From: an uncultured delta proteobacterium
Lineage (GTDB): Bacteria > Myxococcota > Myxococcia > Myxococcales > Anaeromyxobacteraceae
Reading direction: 5' to 3'
DNA: 56,634 bases
NCBI GenBank assembly: GCA_963845515.1
Contig: CAWJSR010000038.1
Location: forward strand, 1-56,634
Numbering within the stretch: the stretch's first letter is position 1; every line of letters begins with the position of its first letter. The notes under the pieces are model-generated. The model saw nothing but the letters and a program-made list of their open reading frames with translations, made no database searches and was not told the DNA's origin. Position numbers and translations under genes: made by a program. This document shows, piece after piece, positions 1 through 8,540 of the stretch.

Positions 1-111
1 GGCCCGGTCCAGCCGCACGCGCACCGCGGCGAGCGGCCGATCACGATCGAGTGGAAGCTGGGGACGCCGCTGCTACCGGAGTGGGTGCGGCGGTGGGGGA
101 ATGTGGCGTAG
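1..111 (+). CDS. C-terminal end of a DUF3427-domain (SF2 helicase-associated) protein, partial at window edge
   Basis: Frame 1 reads GPVQPHAHRGERPITIEWKLGTPLLPEWVRRWGNVA* (TAG 109-111), matching the typical DUF3427 tail 'GP...H.GERP..I.W.L..P'. Confidence 0.6.
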   Translation, partial: GPVQPHAHRGERPITIEWKLGTPLLPEWVRRWGNVA

Positions 112-144
112 ATGCTGCAGCCGAACGAGATCCTCACGCCGCAT
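112..144 (-). pseudogene. N-terminal stub of HepT/DUF86 HEPN toxin
   Basis: ATG at 144 overlaps the MNT 3' end; reads MRREDLVRLQH, a typical HepT start, then abuts the DUF3427 stop codon. Confidence 0.55.
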
Positions 145-433
145 ACTGGATCTCGGCGCCCGCGACGACCTCGTCCCGGAAGTAGCGGCTCAGCTCGGCC
201 AGGCGTGCGGAGGTCCACCTCCGGCCGATCAGCTCCTCCAGCTCGGCCTCCATCCGGGCCATCTCGAAGAGCCCGGCGCGCGCGTCCGGCGCGAAGTCGA
301 CGAGCACGTCCACGTCGCTGTCCGGCCTGAAGTCGTCCCGCAGCACGGAGCCGAAGAGCGCGAGCCGACGCACCTGGTGGCGCCGGCAGAAGTCGGCGAC
401 CCGCTCTCGGTCGATCTGGATCCGCGCGCTCAC
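134..433 (-). CDS. mntA: Minimal nucleotidyltransferase (MntA-type antitoxin)
   Basis: LFGSVLRDDFRPDSDVDVLV (GS...DxD) motif. A short compensating frameshift near 200-225 turns VDLRTP into WTSARL. Confidence 0.85.
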   Translation of the reverse strand: MSARIQIDRERVADFCRRHQVRRLALFGSVLRDDFRPDSDVDVLVDFAPDARAGLFEMARMEAELEELIGRRWTSARLAELSRYFRDEVVAGAEIQYAA

Positions 434-545
434 AGGGTGAGTCTACCCGAGGCCGGGACGCCCGTTCCACGTCCTGGCCTACTTTCGACGCGGCGCTCAA
501 TCCAACGCCCCAGACCTGTCGCAACGGCCTCGGATCCCTCACTGA

Positions 546-674
546 CCGAGCGTCGTCCTCATCACCGGGATGGGGAAGCCCTTCCGGACCACCTTCTCGG
601 ATCGCGACTACGCGAAGGTGCGCGCGCTCGGCAACGAGTACCGGGCGCCCAAGCCTCGCAACGTTCTCCGCTAA
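546..674 (+). pseudogene. C-terminal fragment of a RelE/HigB-like toxin, convergent with the HTH gene
   Basis: PSVVLITGMGKPFRTTFSDRDYAKVRALGNEYRAPKPRNVLR*; in-frame stop immediately upstream; its TAA overlaps the HTH gene's TAG. Confidence 0.5.
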
Positions 675-1039
675 TCCCGACGGAGCACGACCCGGGCGGC
701 GTGGCGCGATCCGGCCCGCCGTTCGCCTGAACGCTTCCCGTTCGCCACCAACTCGAGGTGGTACCCGAGCGCAGAGGCCACCTTGAAGACCGTCTCCATC
801 GTCGGGTTGCTATCCGGCGCGGTAAAGAGCCTGCGGATCGACTCCGGCTTGGCCTCGATTCGGCGCGCGAGCTGGGCCTTGGTGAGCCCCCCGGCCTCCC
901 GCACCTCGTCGAGCGCACGGATCAGCTTGTCGGTCGCGTCGATCTCGGCGCGCGCCGAGGCGTACTCGGCCGCAAACTTCGGGTCGGTCATGCGCTTGGC
1001 CAAGTAGCGGTCGAAGCTAGTCTTCTTCGGGGTCGTCAT
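671..1039 (-). CDS. XRE/HigA-like HTH antitoxin or regulator
   Basis: SFDRYLAKRMTDPKFAAEY...LTKAQLARRI...SNPTMETVFKVASALGY. Confidence 0.8.
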   Translation of the reverse strand: MTTPKKTSFDRYLAKRMTDPKFAAEYASARAEIDATDKLIRALDEVREAGGLTKAQLARRIEAKPESIRRLFTAPDSNPTMETVFKVASALGYHLELVANGKRSGERRAGSRHAARVVLRRD

Positions 1040-1128
1040 CCGGTGCCTCACCGTACCGTATACGTTACGCTCTGAAGCTACGCAAACGACAGCTGACGCG
1101 CGTCAGACCCACCCCGTAGCTTCACCGC

Positions 1129-1827
1129 ATGGACGGCTCCGAGCCCCCCATCGACCCAGCGAAGCTTCGAGCCGCCGTCCGGCGCATGGGGAAGGACTAC
1201 GCGTACCTCATGCTCGAGGACGCCATCGAGCTGCTGCCCCAGGCGGGGCTTCGGCAGCTGATCGGCTCGTACATCGACGTCGAGACACTGCACGCCGACT
1301 ATGGCGAAGCCTCAGCAGGGTCGCTGCGCGCCTCCGTCGAGGCGTTCGCGAGGGCGAGCCTCGCGGGCGAGTACTTCGAGCCGTTCGACGTCGACTCCAG
1401 GAACTACACCCTCCGATCAGCCGGGACGCTCTCCTGGATCGCTGAATGCCGGCGCCTCTTCGATCGCTTCGCTCGGACCGCTCCCTCCGCCGACCCGCCC
1501 GAGGTCCGAGGCGCGTTCGAAATCCTTTTCGGCCTGCTGGACCGGGTCGATGAGTGCCGGGACGACGTCGTCTTCTTCGCCGACGAGGGCGGCTCGTGGC
1601 AGGTCGGAGTCGACTGGGAGGCGGTGCTTCCCGCCTGGTTCGCGGTCCTCGCCGCGACCACAGAGCCCGAGGACTTTGCGCGCCTCGTCTTCGAACGGGT
1701 GAGGCGACACCGCTCCCACGGAGCCCCAGAACTGCTCGCGATCGCTGGCACGGCGGCCACGCCCGCGCAACGAGCCGCGCTGCAGCGTATCGCCGTCACC
1801 TTGGAGGCGGGACGAGGGACTCGATGA
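1129..1827 (+). CDS. Conserved hypothetical protein
   Basis: 232-aa ORF with coding-like composition (FFADEGGSWQVGVDW); ATGA-coupled to the next ORF. Confidence 0.7.
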   Translation: MDGSEPPIDPAKLRAAVRRMGKDYAYLMLEDAIELLPQAGLRQLIGSYIDVETLHADYGEASAGSLRASVEAFARASLAGEYFEPFDVDSRNYTLRSAGTLSWIAECRRLFDRFARTAPSADPPEVRGAFEILFGLLDRVDECRDDVVFFADEGGSWQVGVDWEAVLPAWFAVLAATTEPEDFARLVFERVRRHRSHGAPELLAIAGTAATPAQRAALQRIAVTLEAGRGTR

Positions 1828-2243
1828 GCGAAGACCAGCACAACGACTTCCAGGCGATCGACCGGCCCCTCACGGTCATGCGGCTCTATCGGGGTCTCAA
1901 GGAACCGTATCGGCCCGAGTCCGTCCCCGCGCCCGGGCGACGGCTCTCCGGGACCGACTTCACCGACTGCCCACAGATGGCGCTTCGATACGCGCCGGGG
2001 CGGCGTGGGGTGGTCCTGGTAGTGGAGGTTCCGTCTGACACTCCGCGCTTCACCGAGGAGCTCTGGCTCGCGGGTCGCGCCAAGCGGTTCATCGCATGGG
2101 GCAAGTTCGACGAGTTCCTCGTCGCCGCTCTTCCAGCGAAGGAGCTTCGCGCCCTCGTCCGCGTGAAGGGTGTCGCGGCCGAGAGCGACGAGTACAAGTC
2201 CTTGGTGCTGTTGCAGGCGATAGCACGACGGCTCGGAACGTGA
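1824..2243 (+). CDS. Hypothetical protein with a possible ADP-ribosyltransferase fold; first 17 codons homologous to the 4290 gene (alternative start 1878)
   Basis: LYRG...DFTDCPQMALRYA...VVLVVEV...EE spacing; ATGA overlap with the upstream stop. Confidence 0.55.
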   Translation: MSEDQHNDFQAIDRPLTVMRLYRGLKEPYRPESVPAPGRRLSGTDFTDCPQMALRYAPGRRGVVLVVEVPSDTPRFTEELWLAGRAKRFIAWGKFDEFLVAALPAKELRALVRVKGVAAESDEYKSLVLLQAIARRLGT

Positions 2244-2427
2244 TCGGGCCAGCACGTCGGATCCGCTCACCTGCTCTCGGTTCCTCGTGCGGCGCGCCCA
2301 TTTCGCGATCGCCAACGTCAGGGGCCCCTGATACATGATGGCGCCCGCGTCGCAAGCCCTCACCCGCCCGCCCCGACCCCATGTACCGCCCTGACGCGGC
2401 CCTCATCGTCCAGTCCGACGAGACCCA

Positions 2428-3597
2428 ATGACACGCGACCTCGACGCGCGACGCCGCACGCTCATCTTCCGGGCCACCCCTTGGTCGGACCGAACCGTCC
2501 GGCGCGTGTTCGAGCTGGCGCCCGAACACACGCTCGCCGACCTGCACCGTGGCATCGCCGACGAGCTCAAGCTAGACGACGATCACCTCTGGGCGTTCTA
2601 CCTCAGCGGCGAGTGGTTCGATCGCGCCAGCGAGTTCGACGGCAAACCGGACTTCACCGGCAAGGCCCAGACGACGAAGGTCGGCGATCTCGGACTCGCG
2701 CCGGACGACTTCCTCGCGTACGTCTGCGACTTCGGCTACGAGCAACGCGTCGACGTGGAGCTGCTCGGGCACGGCGACGCCTCGGACCTCGATCGGCCGC
2801 GCGTCCTTCGCCGCGAAGGCGAGCTGGCGGCGCGCTGGGCAGGGGATGACGCGGATGAGGACGTGGCCCCCGAGCCGAAGGACGACCCGGTGCGGCTCGA
2901 CTCCGCGGAGACGGCCGCGCTGGAGGCGGCCTTCGCCGCCTGGGACTCCGATGGGGACGACGACACCCGGCGCATCTCGCTCGACGTCGGCCGGATCGCG
3001 TCGGCAGCGTCGGCCGTCCTGGAGCGCTGCACTCACCCGGCGCAGGTGTCGGAGCTCGGCTGGAGCTCGGGAGTCCGCCTCGACGCCTGGCTTGGAGACG
3101 CGATCCGCTCCGTCGCTGCGCGCGGCGACGCCGACGCCGCCTCGGGGCTCGCCGAGCGGTTATCCGCCCTGACCGGGATGCGCCAGCCCTGGCTTCAGGC
3201 GGCGATGGCCTTCGCGGGAGCGGGCCGCGCCGAGGCCGCGAGGGGCGCGCTCGCCGAAGCCGGGCGGTGCGACCGCCCGTTCCCCCAGAGCGTGCGGCTG
3301 GGGATCGCCGAGGTCCTGATGATGCTGGGCGACGCGGAGGGGGCGGAGGCGGAGTACCGCCGCCTCACGACCTGCCGCTGGCCCTCGCCGCGCATCCGGC
3401 CCCTGGCGACCGCGGCCCTCGCCGCCCTCCTCGAGAGGACGGGTCGAGCGGCCGAGGCGAGCGGGGTCCTGGCGGCGGAGCGTCTGCGCAAGGAGGCGCT
3501 GGCCGGCGTCGTCAGACGCGCCGAGCCTCGCGTCGGCCGGAACGACCCATGCCCATGCGGCAGCGGGAAGAAGGCCAAGAGGTGCTGCGGTACGTAG
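2428..3597 (+). CDS. pRiA4b ORF-3 / IS1096 TnpR-like domain + helical repeats + C-terminal SEC-C
   Basis: TLADLHRGI...DDDHLWAF...YVCDFG; GRNDPCPCGSGKKAKRCC. Confidence 0.8.
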   Translation: MTRDLDARRRTLIFRATPWSDRTVRRVFELAPEHTLADLHRGIADELKLDDDHLWAFYLSGEWFDRASEFDGKPDFTGKAQTTKVGDLGLAPDDFLAYVCDFGYEQRVDVELLGHGDASDLDRPRVLRREGELAARWAGDDADEDVAPEPKDDPVRLDSAETAALEAAFAAWDSDGDDDTRRISLDVGRIASAASAVLERCTHPAQVSELGWSSGVRLDAWLGDAIRSVAARGDADAASGLAERLSALTGMRQPWLQAAMAFAGAGRAEAARGALAEAGRCDRPFPQSVRLGIAEVLMMLGDAEGAEAEYRRLTTCRWPSPRIRPLATAALAALLERTGRAAEASGVLAAERLRKEALAGVVRRAEPRVGRNDPCPCGSGKKAKRCCGT

Positions 3598-3665
3598 GAG
3601 CTTGCCGCCGACCCGGGCGTGGATCGGGTCAAGGAGCACAACGTCTGGCCCAGCTCGACCTCAGC

Positions 3666-4157
3666 TCAAGGGGGCAGCGCGCCGCGCAAGAGCTCCGGCG
3701 CAACCTCCTCGGGCGAGCGCATCCCGATCGGTCCGCAGGGCGCGTGGGCGAGGTGAATTGATCTCTCCATCAATGACCGCCCCTCGCCGCGATCCGCAGT
3801 CAGCATCCACGCGAAGTCGGTCATCGACCCCAGGACCTGCCGGCTCGCCGTCCTGGCGATGCGCGCCTCGGCCATGGCCGCCATCTCCGCCTCGACCGCG
3901 GCGATCGGCGCGCCGAGCCGGGTCAGCACTTCATGGGCTGCCTCTCGAAAGCGAGGCAGCAGCGTCGAGCCCTCTCGCGCCGACACGAGCACCGGCAGGA
4001 GCGACCGCTCGTTGACAAAGAGGACGACCTGGCCGTCCGGCTCGTAGAGCAGGTTCGCGTACCAGTCACCGAGCGTCGTCGTGGGCGCCACAGCCTCGAG
4101 GATGGGCGCCGCGCGCAGTCGGCGGAGAAGCTTCGCTGTGCACCGCAGCGTGAACAC
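3666..4157 (-). CDS. DUF6933-like protein
   Basis: GTG start; FTLRCTAKLLRRL...LGDWYANLL...LFVNERSLLPV...TASRQVLGSMTDF. Confidence 0.7.
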   Translation of the reverse strand: MFTLRCTAKLLRRLRAAPILEAVAPTTTLGDWYANLLYEPDGQVVLFVNERSLLPVLVSAREGSTLLPRFREAAHEVLTRLGAPIAAVEAEMAAMAEARIARTASRQVLGSMTDFAWMLTADRGEGRSLMERSIHLAHAPCGPIGMRSPEEVAPELLRGALPP

Positions 4158-4289
4158 GGCAAGGTCGTACCACGTTGAAGATGGCGGCTTCGCGCCCCGA
4201 ATGGTCAGACCTTCCTCGTACAAGGACGTGCGGCGCGAGGCGCGGGTTCATCCGGAGCGGCGGCAGGCGTCACCCACGAGGACTGCACG

Positions 4290-5447
4290 ATGAGCGAGTA
4301 CCAGTACTACGAGTTCCAGGCCATCGACCGGCCGCTGACGGCGAAGGAGATGACCACGCTGCGCGGGTTCTCTTCGCGCGCGACCATCACCCCCACCCGC
4401 TTCGTGAACAGCTACTCGTACGGGAGCTTCAAGGGCGATCCGTCGAGGTGGATCGAGGAGTACTTCGACGCGTTCCTCTACCTGTCCAATTGGGGAACTC
4501 GCGAGCTCTTCCTGCGGCTGCCAGCGCAGGCGCTGCCGCTTCGGGTCGCCAAGGCCTACTGCCCCGGCGACTCGGCGCGCGCACGCTCCAAGGACGGCAA
4601 CGTCATCGTGGAGATCCGGTCGGGCGACGAGGAGGGAGGCGGCGAGTGGATCGACGAGGACGACGCCACCCGGTGGCTTCCGTCGCTGGTTTCGCTTCGG
4701 GCGGATCTGGCGGGCGGGGACCTGCGCACCCTCTACCTTGCCTGGCTCCTCGCCGCTCAGAACGGTCAGCTCGACGATGGCGACACCGAGCCGCCCTGCC
4801 CTCCCGGCCTCCGCTCGTTGAGCGCTCCGCTCGATGCGTTCGTCGAGTTCGTGCGCCTCGATCGGGATCTGCTCGAAGCCGCTGCGGCTGGAAGCCCCGC
4901 AGTCGAGCCCGCCGATGACGCCGCGCTCGAGGGATGGGTCGCGGCGCTGCCCGAGGCCGAGAAGACGTCGCTGCTCGCGCGTCTGGTCGCGGGCGGCGAG
5001 CCCCACCTTCGCGCCGAGCTTCTTCGGCGCTTCCGTGAGTCCCGCCCTGCCTCCGCGTCCCGCGCCGCCCCGGAACCTCGAACGGTCGGCGAGCTCCTGG
5101 AGGCCGCGAAGGGACGAGCTGACGAGCGGCGATCCCAGGAGGCGGCGCGAGCGGCGAAGGCGAAGGCGCGCGAGGAGCGTGAAGCCGCGAAGGCTCGTGA
5201 CTTGCGGCTGGCCGCGCTTGCCGAGCGCCAAGCGGAGACCTGGCACGAGGTCGAGAAGCTCATCGCCACCAAGCAGCCACGAAGGTACGACGAAGCCGTC
5301 GCGTTGCTTCAGGATCTGAGGGAGGTCTGCGTCCGCGCGGGGAAGCCCAGCGAGGCGGGTTCGCGCATCGCCAGGTTGCGCGAGGAACACTCCAAGAAGG
5401 GGACCCTCATCGAGCGGTTCCGCAAGGCGGGGCTGCTCACGCCTTAG
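4290..5447 (+). CDS. Conserved hypothetical protein (MSEYQYYEF-start family)
   Basis: 385-aa ORF MSEYQYYEFQAIDRPLT...YFDAFLYLSNWGTR; coiled-coil C-terminus; RBS-like GAGGA upstream. Confidence 0.8.
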   Translation: MSEYQYYEFQAIDRPLTAKEMTTLRGFSSRATITPTRFVNSYSYGSFKGDPSRWIEEYFDAFLYLSNWGTRELFLRLPAQALPLRVAKAYCPGDSARARSKDGNVIVEIRSGDEEGGGEWIDEDDATRWLPSLVSLRADLAGGDLRTLYLAWLLAAQNGQLDDGDTEPPCPPGLRSLSAPLDAFVEFVRLDRDLLEAAAAGSPAVEPADDAALEGWVAALPEAEKTSLLARLVAGGEPHLRAELLRRFRESRPASASRAAPEPRTVGELLEAAKGRADERRSQEAARAAKAKAREEREAAKARDLRLAALAERQAETWHEVEKLIATKQPRRYDEAVALLQDLREVCVRAGKPSEAGSRIARLREEHSKKGTLIERFRKAGLLTP

Positions 5448-5690
5448 CCCGTGGCACCGGCTCAATCCCCTCGCTCGCAAGCCACGCCCGAGCCTCCTCC
5501 TCGAGCCGCTCCGCCTCCCACTCGAACCAGCGGTCCCGTTCGGCCGGCGCGGACTGGAGCACCTGCTTGAACCGGCCAAACGCACCCTTGCCCACGATGG
5601 CATCGGACAGCCGCTGGCGCAAACCCCTGTCGTCCACCGTCGCGACGAAGTCCGCCATGTCGCGCCAGCCGTGCGCGGCTGAGGAGGTCG
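5437..5690 (-). pseudogene. UPF0158-family C-terminal half, N-terminus missing
   Basis: GWRDMADFVATVDD...AIVGKGAFGRFK...RDRWFEW...AWLASEGI. Confidence 0.6.
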
Positions 5691-5753
5691 GCTCAGGGGT
5701 TTCGTCATTGTGGAGGCCATGGCGCCGGATCAGCAGCTCTCGGTACTTGTGCG

Positions 5754-6239
5754 TCAGTACCGAGGTTCCCGCTTTCGCCGCGCGACGCGCGCGCTCGCCC
5801 GCTGCGGCGCGGTGACCCTTCCCGCGGCCCCTTTGGCAAGCTCCCCCAGCCGCCGCGGATCCTTCTCGAGCAACCTCAGCAGATTCGTCATCGGAACACT
5901 GACCTGCTGGCTCCCCGACTCGTACTTCTGGAAAGCTCGTGGCCCACCGCCGAGGAGCTCCCCTGCCCGCCGCTGGGAGAGCTTGAGCCGCTCACGGATG
6001 GTGGCGACGCGATGAGGACTGAGGACACCCTCGACCTTCGCGCGCAGCTCGAGATAGGCCTCCTCCCGCTTCTCGAGCGCAGCTCCCTCGAGAACCGCCT
6101 CGCCACACTTGTCGCACCAGTGACCCGACACCCTCACGGAGGCCTTCTGCCCCTTGTACTCGACCGTGTCCGTCCGAACCTCGTGTACCGCGGGACCGCC
6201 GCACTCCGGACACTTGATGGTGTTCCGTCGCTTCGTCAT
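5754..6239 (-). CDS. mqsA: MqsA antitoxin (zinc finger + HTH)
   Basis: CPEC...CDKCGE; LSQRRAGELLGGGPRAFQKYESG. Confidence 0.92.
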   Translation of the reverse strand: MTKRRNTIKCPECGGPAVHEVRTDTVEYKGQKASVRVSGHWCDKCGEAVLEGAALEKREEAYLELRAKVEGVLSPHRVATIRERLKLSQRRAGELLGGGPRAFQKYESGSQQVSVPMTNLLRLLEKDPRRLGELAKGAAGRVTAPQRASARVARRKREPRY

Positions 6240-6242
6240 GAC

Positions 6243-6545
6243 CTACTTCTCCTTCATCGACAGGATGAGCCGGCCCAGGTCATCCATCGTCAGCTTCACG
6301 TACAGCACGAGCGGTCCCCACGGCACGTGGTAGACGTCCTGCCAGACGCGGTGGTCTGCGTGGCTGGTCATCGACTTGTAGAACTGCCTGCGCGTCATGC
6401 CTTGGACGACTTGGACCACGTCCTGAAGCGTCATCCCGAGCCGCAGCGTGGCGTCCTGGGCAGTCCGCGTCATCCGAAGAGCCCTGACCGAGGAGAACTC
6501 CTCGCGGAACCCGGCGAGGTCGTAGGTCGGCGTCCGCTTCTCCAT
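6243..6545 (-). CDS. mqsR: MqsR mRNA interferase toxin
   Basis: MEKRTPTYDL...FYKSMTSHADHRVWQDVYH...LYVK...LSMKEK, directly upstream of mqsA. Confidence 0.92.
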   Translation of the reverse strand: MEKRTPTYDLAGFREEFSSVRALRMTRTAQDATLRLGMTLQDVVQVVQGMTRRQFYKSMTSHADHRVWQDVYHVPWGPLVLYVKLTMDDLGRLILSMKEK

Positions 6546-6559
6546 TCCGCTGGGAAACA

Positions 6560-6578
6560 TGGCACCTTTACGGTGCCA
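6560..6578. promoter_or_regulatory. Candidate MqsA operator palindrome
   Basis: TGGCACC-tttac-GGTGCCA, 15 nt upstream of the mqsR ATG. Confidence 0.55.
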
Positions 6579-6708
6579 CGGCAATCGCGTCGAGGGCCGC
6601 TTCGAGCGCGTCCTCTACCCGAACGCGTGCAGCCCTGCGGTGCTCGTTCCACCAAGCCGCGAGCGCGCTGATCTGCTTCCGCGCGGTCGGGGAGACCTGG
6701 ACCTTCAC
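6568..6708 (-). pseudogene. ParE/RelE-type toxin truncated after 46 codons
   Basis: GTG start overlapping the upstream TGA; MKVQVSPTARKQISALAAWWNEHRRAARVRVEDALEAALDAIAVAP*. Confidence 0.6.
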
Positions 6709-6900
6709 CTCACGGCCCGGAGCTCGCGAAGGAGATCCTCGGCCGGTGTCGACTTTCCCGCCGCGATCTCATCCTCGGCCTGCCGAAGCGACGCATGAAG
6801 CTCGGCGCGCTCGCCCTCGGACAAGTCCGCGAACACCTCCACCTTGTCCAAGCGGGCGTACGGATCGCTCGCGCCCCGCAGGTACTCCAGGTAGCGACGC
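6705..6900 (-). pseudogene. ParD-like antitoxin, 5'-truncated
   Basis: RRYLEYLRG...LSEGERAELHASLRQAEDEIAAGKSTPAEDLLRELR*; GTGA-coupled to the ParE stub. Confidence 0.55.
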
Positions 6901-6901
6901 G

Positions 6902-7183
6902 CCCCTTGGTGGTGTGACCGTCGGGCCAGTGGACCACCACGTCCTTGGTGTGGGTCTTGTGGAGGTCCTGCCACTGCTGGCCGGTGTGGACGCGGAAGTC
7001 GAGGTCGTCGAAGTTCGCGAGGTTGCGGGCGAGCTCCTTGGGAACACCCTTGACCAGCGGGGTCGGCTCGCCCGTCTTCGTCGCGGGCCACCTGTTCTCG
7101 CCCCCGCGCGCCGGGCCTGCGGCCAAGATCAATGCGGCGACGGCCAAACCTGCTGCGTGCGTGATGAAGCTGAGCTTCTTCAT
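6902..7183 (-). pseudogene. Signal peptide + SnoaL-like ester cyclase, N-terminal part
   Basis: MKKLSF...NLANFDDLDFRVHTGQQWQDLHKTHTKDVVVHWPDGHTTKG, then homology ends. Confidence 0.65.
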
Positions 7184-7273
7184 GGCCACTGGAACAAGGA
7201 CGGCATCATGTTCGAGGAGTTCCTCTTCTGGGACAACGGCGCGTTCATGAAGCAGATCGGCCTCGCCCAGTGA
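7184..7273 (+). pseudogene. C-terminal 29 codons of the same SnoaL-like family, on the opposite strand
   Basis: GHWNKDGIMFEEFLFWDNGAFMKQIGLAQ*. Confidence 0.6.
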
Positions 7274-7418
7274 GTCATCCGCGGGGATCGCGATCCGGGC
7301 CAGCGAATCGCGCCGCCGCGAAGGCGCTGCCCGCTTCGCGCGAGCCGCCGCTCCGTATCCATTGGCACGGCTCGCTCGTCCAAGGGGGCGGCGCCTCCCG
7401 CGCCGCGAAAGGGAATCC

Positions 7419-7814
7419 ATGGAGCGGAAGGGGATGCTGAAGGCGAGCCTTGGTCCTTCAGGGACGCCGCAGTCCGGTACGATCGAGAAGCAGTCGGTGA
7501 CTGTCGACGGCGTCACCGCGACGCGAGTGACCTTCGCGCCGGGCGCCCGCTGGTCCACCGAGCTCGCCGCGAAGGCAGGGACACCCAGCTGCCGGGCGCC
7601 CCACGTCGCGCTCGTTCTTGCGGGCGTCCTGCGCGTGCGGATGGACGACGGCGCCGAAGAGGACTTCGGGCCGAACGACGTGATGCTCCTGCCGCCCGGC
7701 CACGACGCGTGGACCCTGGGCGACGAGCCCTGCGTCTTCGTCGAGTTCTCGCGAGGTTACGAGGACTACGCGCAGGGTACCCGTACTGCCTCGCCGGCCG
7801 AGAGGCTAGGTTGA
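7419..7814 (+). CDS. Cupin-domain protein
   Basis: PGARWS...SCRAPH...LRVRMDDG...LPPGHDAW. Confidence 0.8.
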   Translation: MERKGMLKASLGPSGTPQSGTIEKQSVTVDGVTATRVTFAPGARWSTELAAKAGTPSCRAPHVALVLAGVLRVRMDDGAEEDFGPNDVMLLPPGHDAWTLGDEPCVFVEFSRGYEDYAQGTRTASPAERLG

Positions 7815-7867
7815 TGCCCTCGGGGGTCGGGGAGGCTGGCGCGTCAGCCTGCGCTATCATCCCGTCC

Positions 7868-8458
7868 ATGGAGGGCTCGGGCAGCGGGATCCAGGAGGTC
7901 TACGAGCGGGAGGCGCCTTCGATCCGGCGCTACCTCGCGACCCTCGTCGGCAGCGCCGACGCGGAAGATCTCGTACAGGAGGTCTTCGCCCGCGCCCACG
8001 CTGCGGCGGCTTCGCATCGCGGCGAGGCCTCCCTCTCCACGTGGATCAGGCGGATCGCCACACACGTCGCGATCGATCACCTTCGCAGCCCGGCGACACG
8101 CCTCCTGTCACTCACTCCACACGGTCAGCCCGAGGGCGCAGCGCAGCCGGGGGTGAGCGAGCAGACCGCGCCGCCCGGCCAGGAGACGGGGCTGATCCGC
8201 GAGGAGATGCGAGGCTGCATCCTCGATCTGGTGCACCGGCTTCCAGCCCCGTACGCCGAGGTCATCGTGCTCGGCGAGCTTCGAGGGCTCAAGGACCGCG
8301 ACGTGGCGGCGGCGCTGGGCGTGACTCTCGAGGCGGCGAAGATCCGGCTCCATCGTGCGCGCGGCGCGCTCCGCGACCTGATGCTCGGCCACTGCGACCT
8401 CGATCGTGATCCTGATGCGGGGTTCGGCTGCGATCGCAAGCCGGCGCCCGGCACCTGA
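7868..8458 (+). CDS. ECF RNA polymerase sigma factor
   Basis: DAEDLVQEVF, SLSTWIRRIATHVAIDHLR, region-4 HTH (AKIRLHRAR), C-terminal Cys pair. Confidence 0.9.
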   Translation: MEGSGSGIQEVYEREAPSIRRYLATLVGSADAEDLVQEVFARAHAAAASHRGEASLSTWIRRIATHVAIDHLRSPATRLLSLTPHGQPEGAAQPGVSEQTAPPGQETGLIREEMRGCILDLVHRLPAPYAEVIVLGELRGLKDRDVAAALGVTLEAAKIRLHRARGALRDLMLGHCDLDRDPDAGFGCDRKPAPGT

Positions 8459-8540
8459 TCCCGCCGTATCCCTTCGACGCGCTCGCTCGTCAAGGTGGGC
8501 GAGGCTCACGGAGAGCCTCCTCGAACGAGGGAGCCTGCGA

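Noticed and set aside
4199..4208. GAATGGTCAG matching the IS4 end
   Set aside because: Only 10 bp, with no hairpin or TSD context; may be chance, although it lies near a gene-fragment junction
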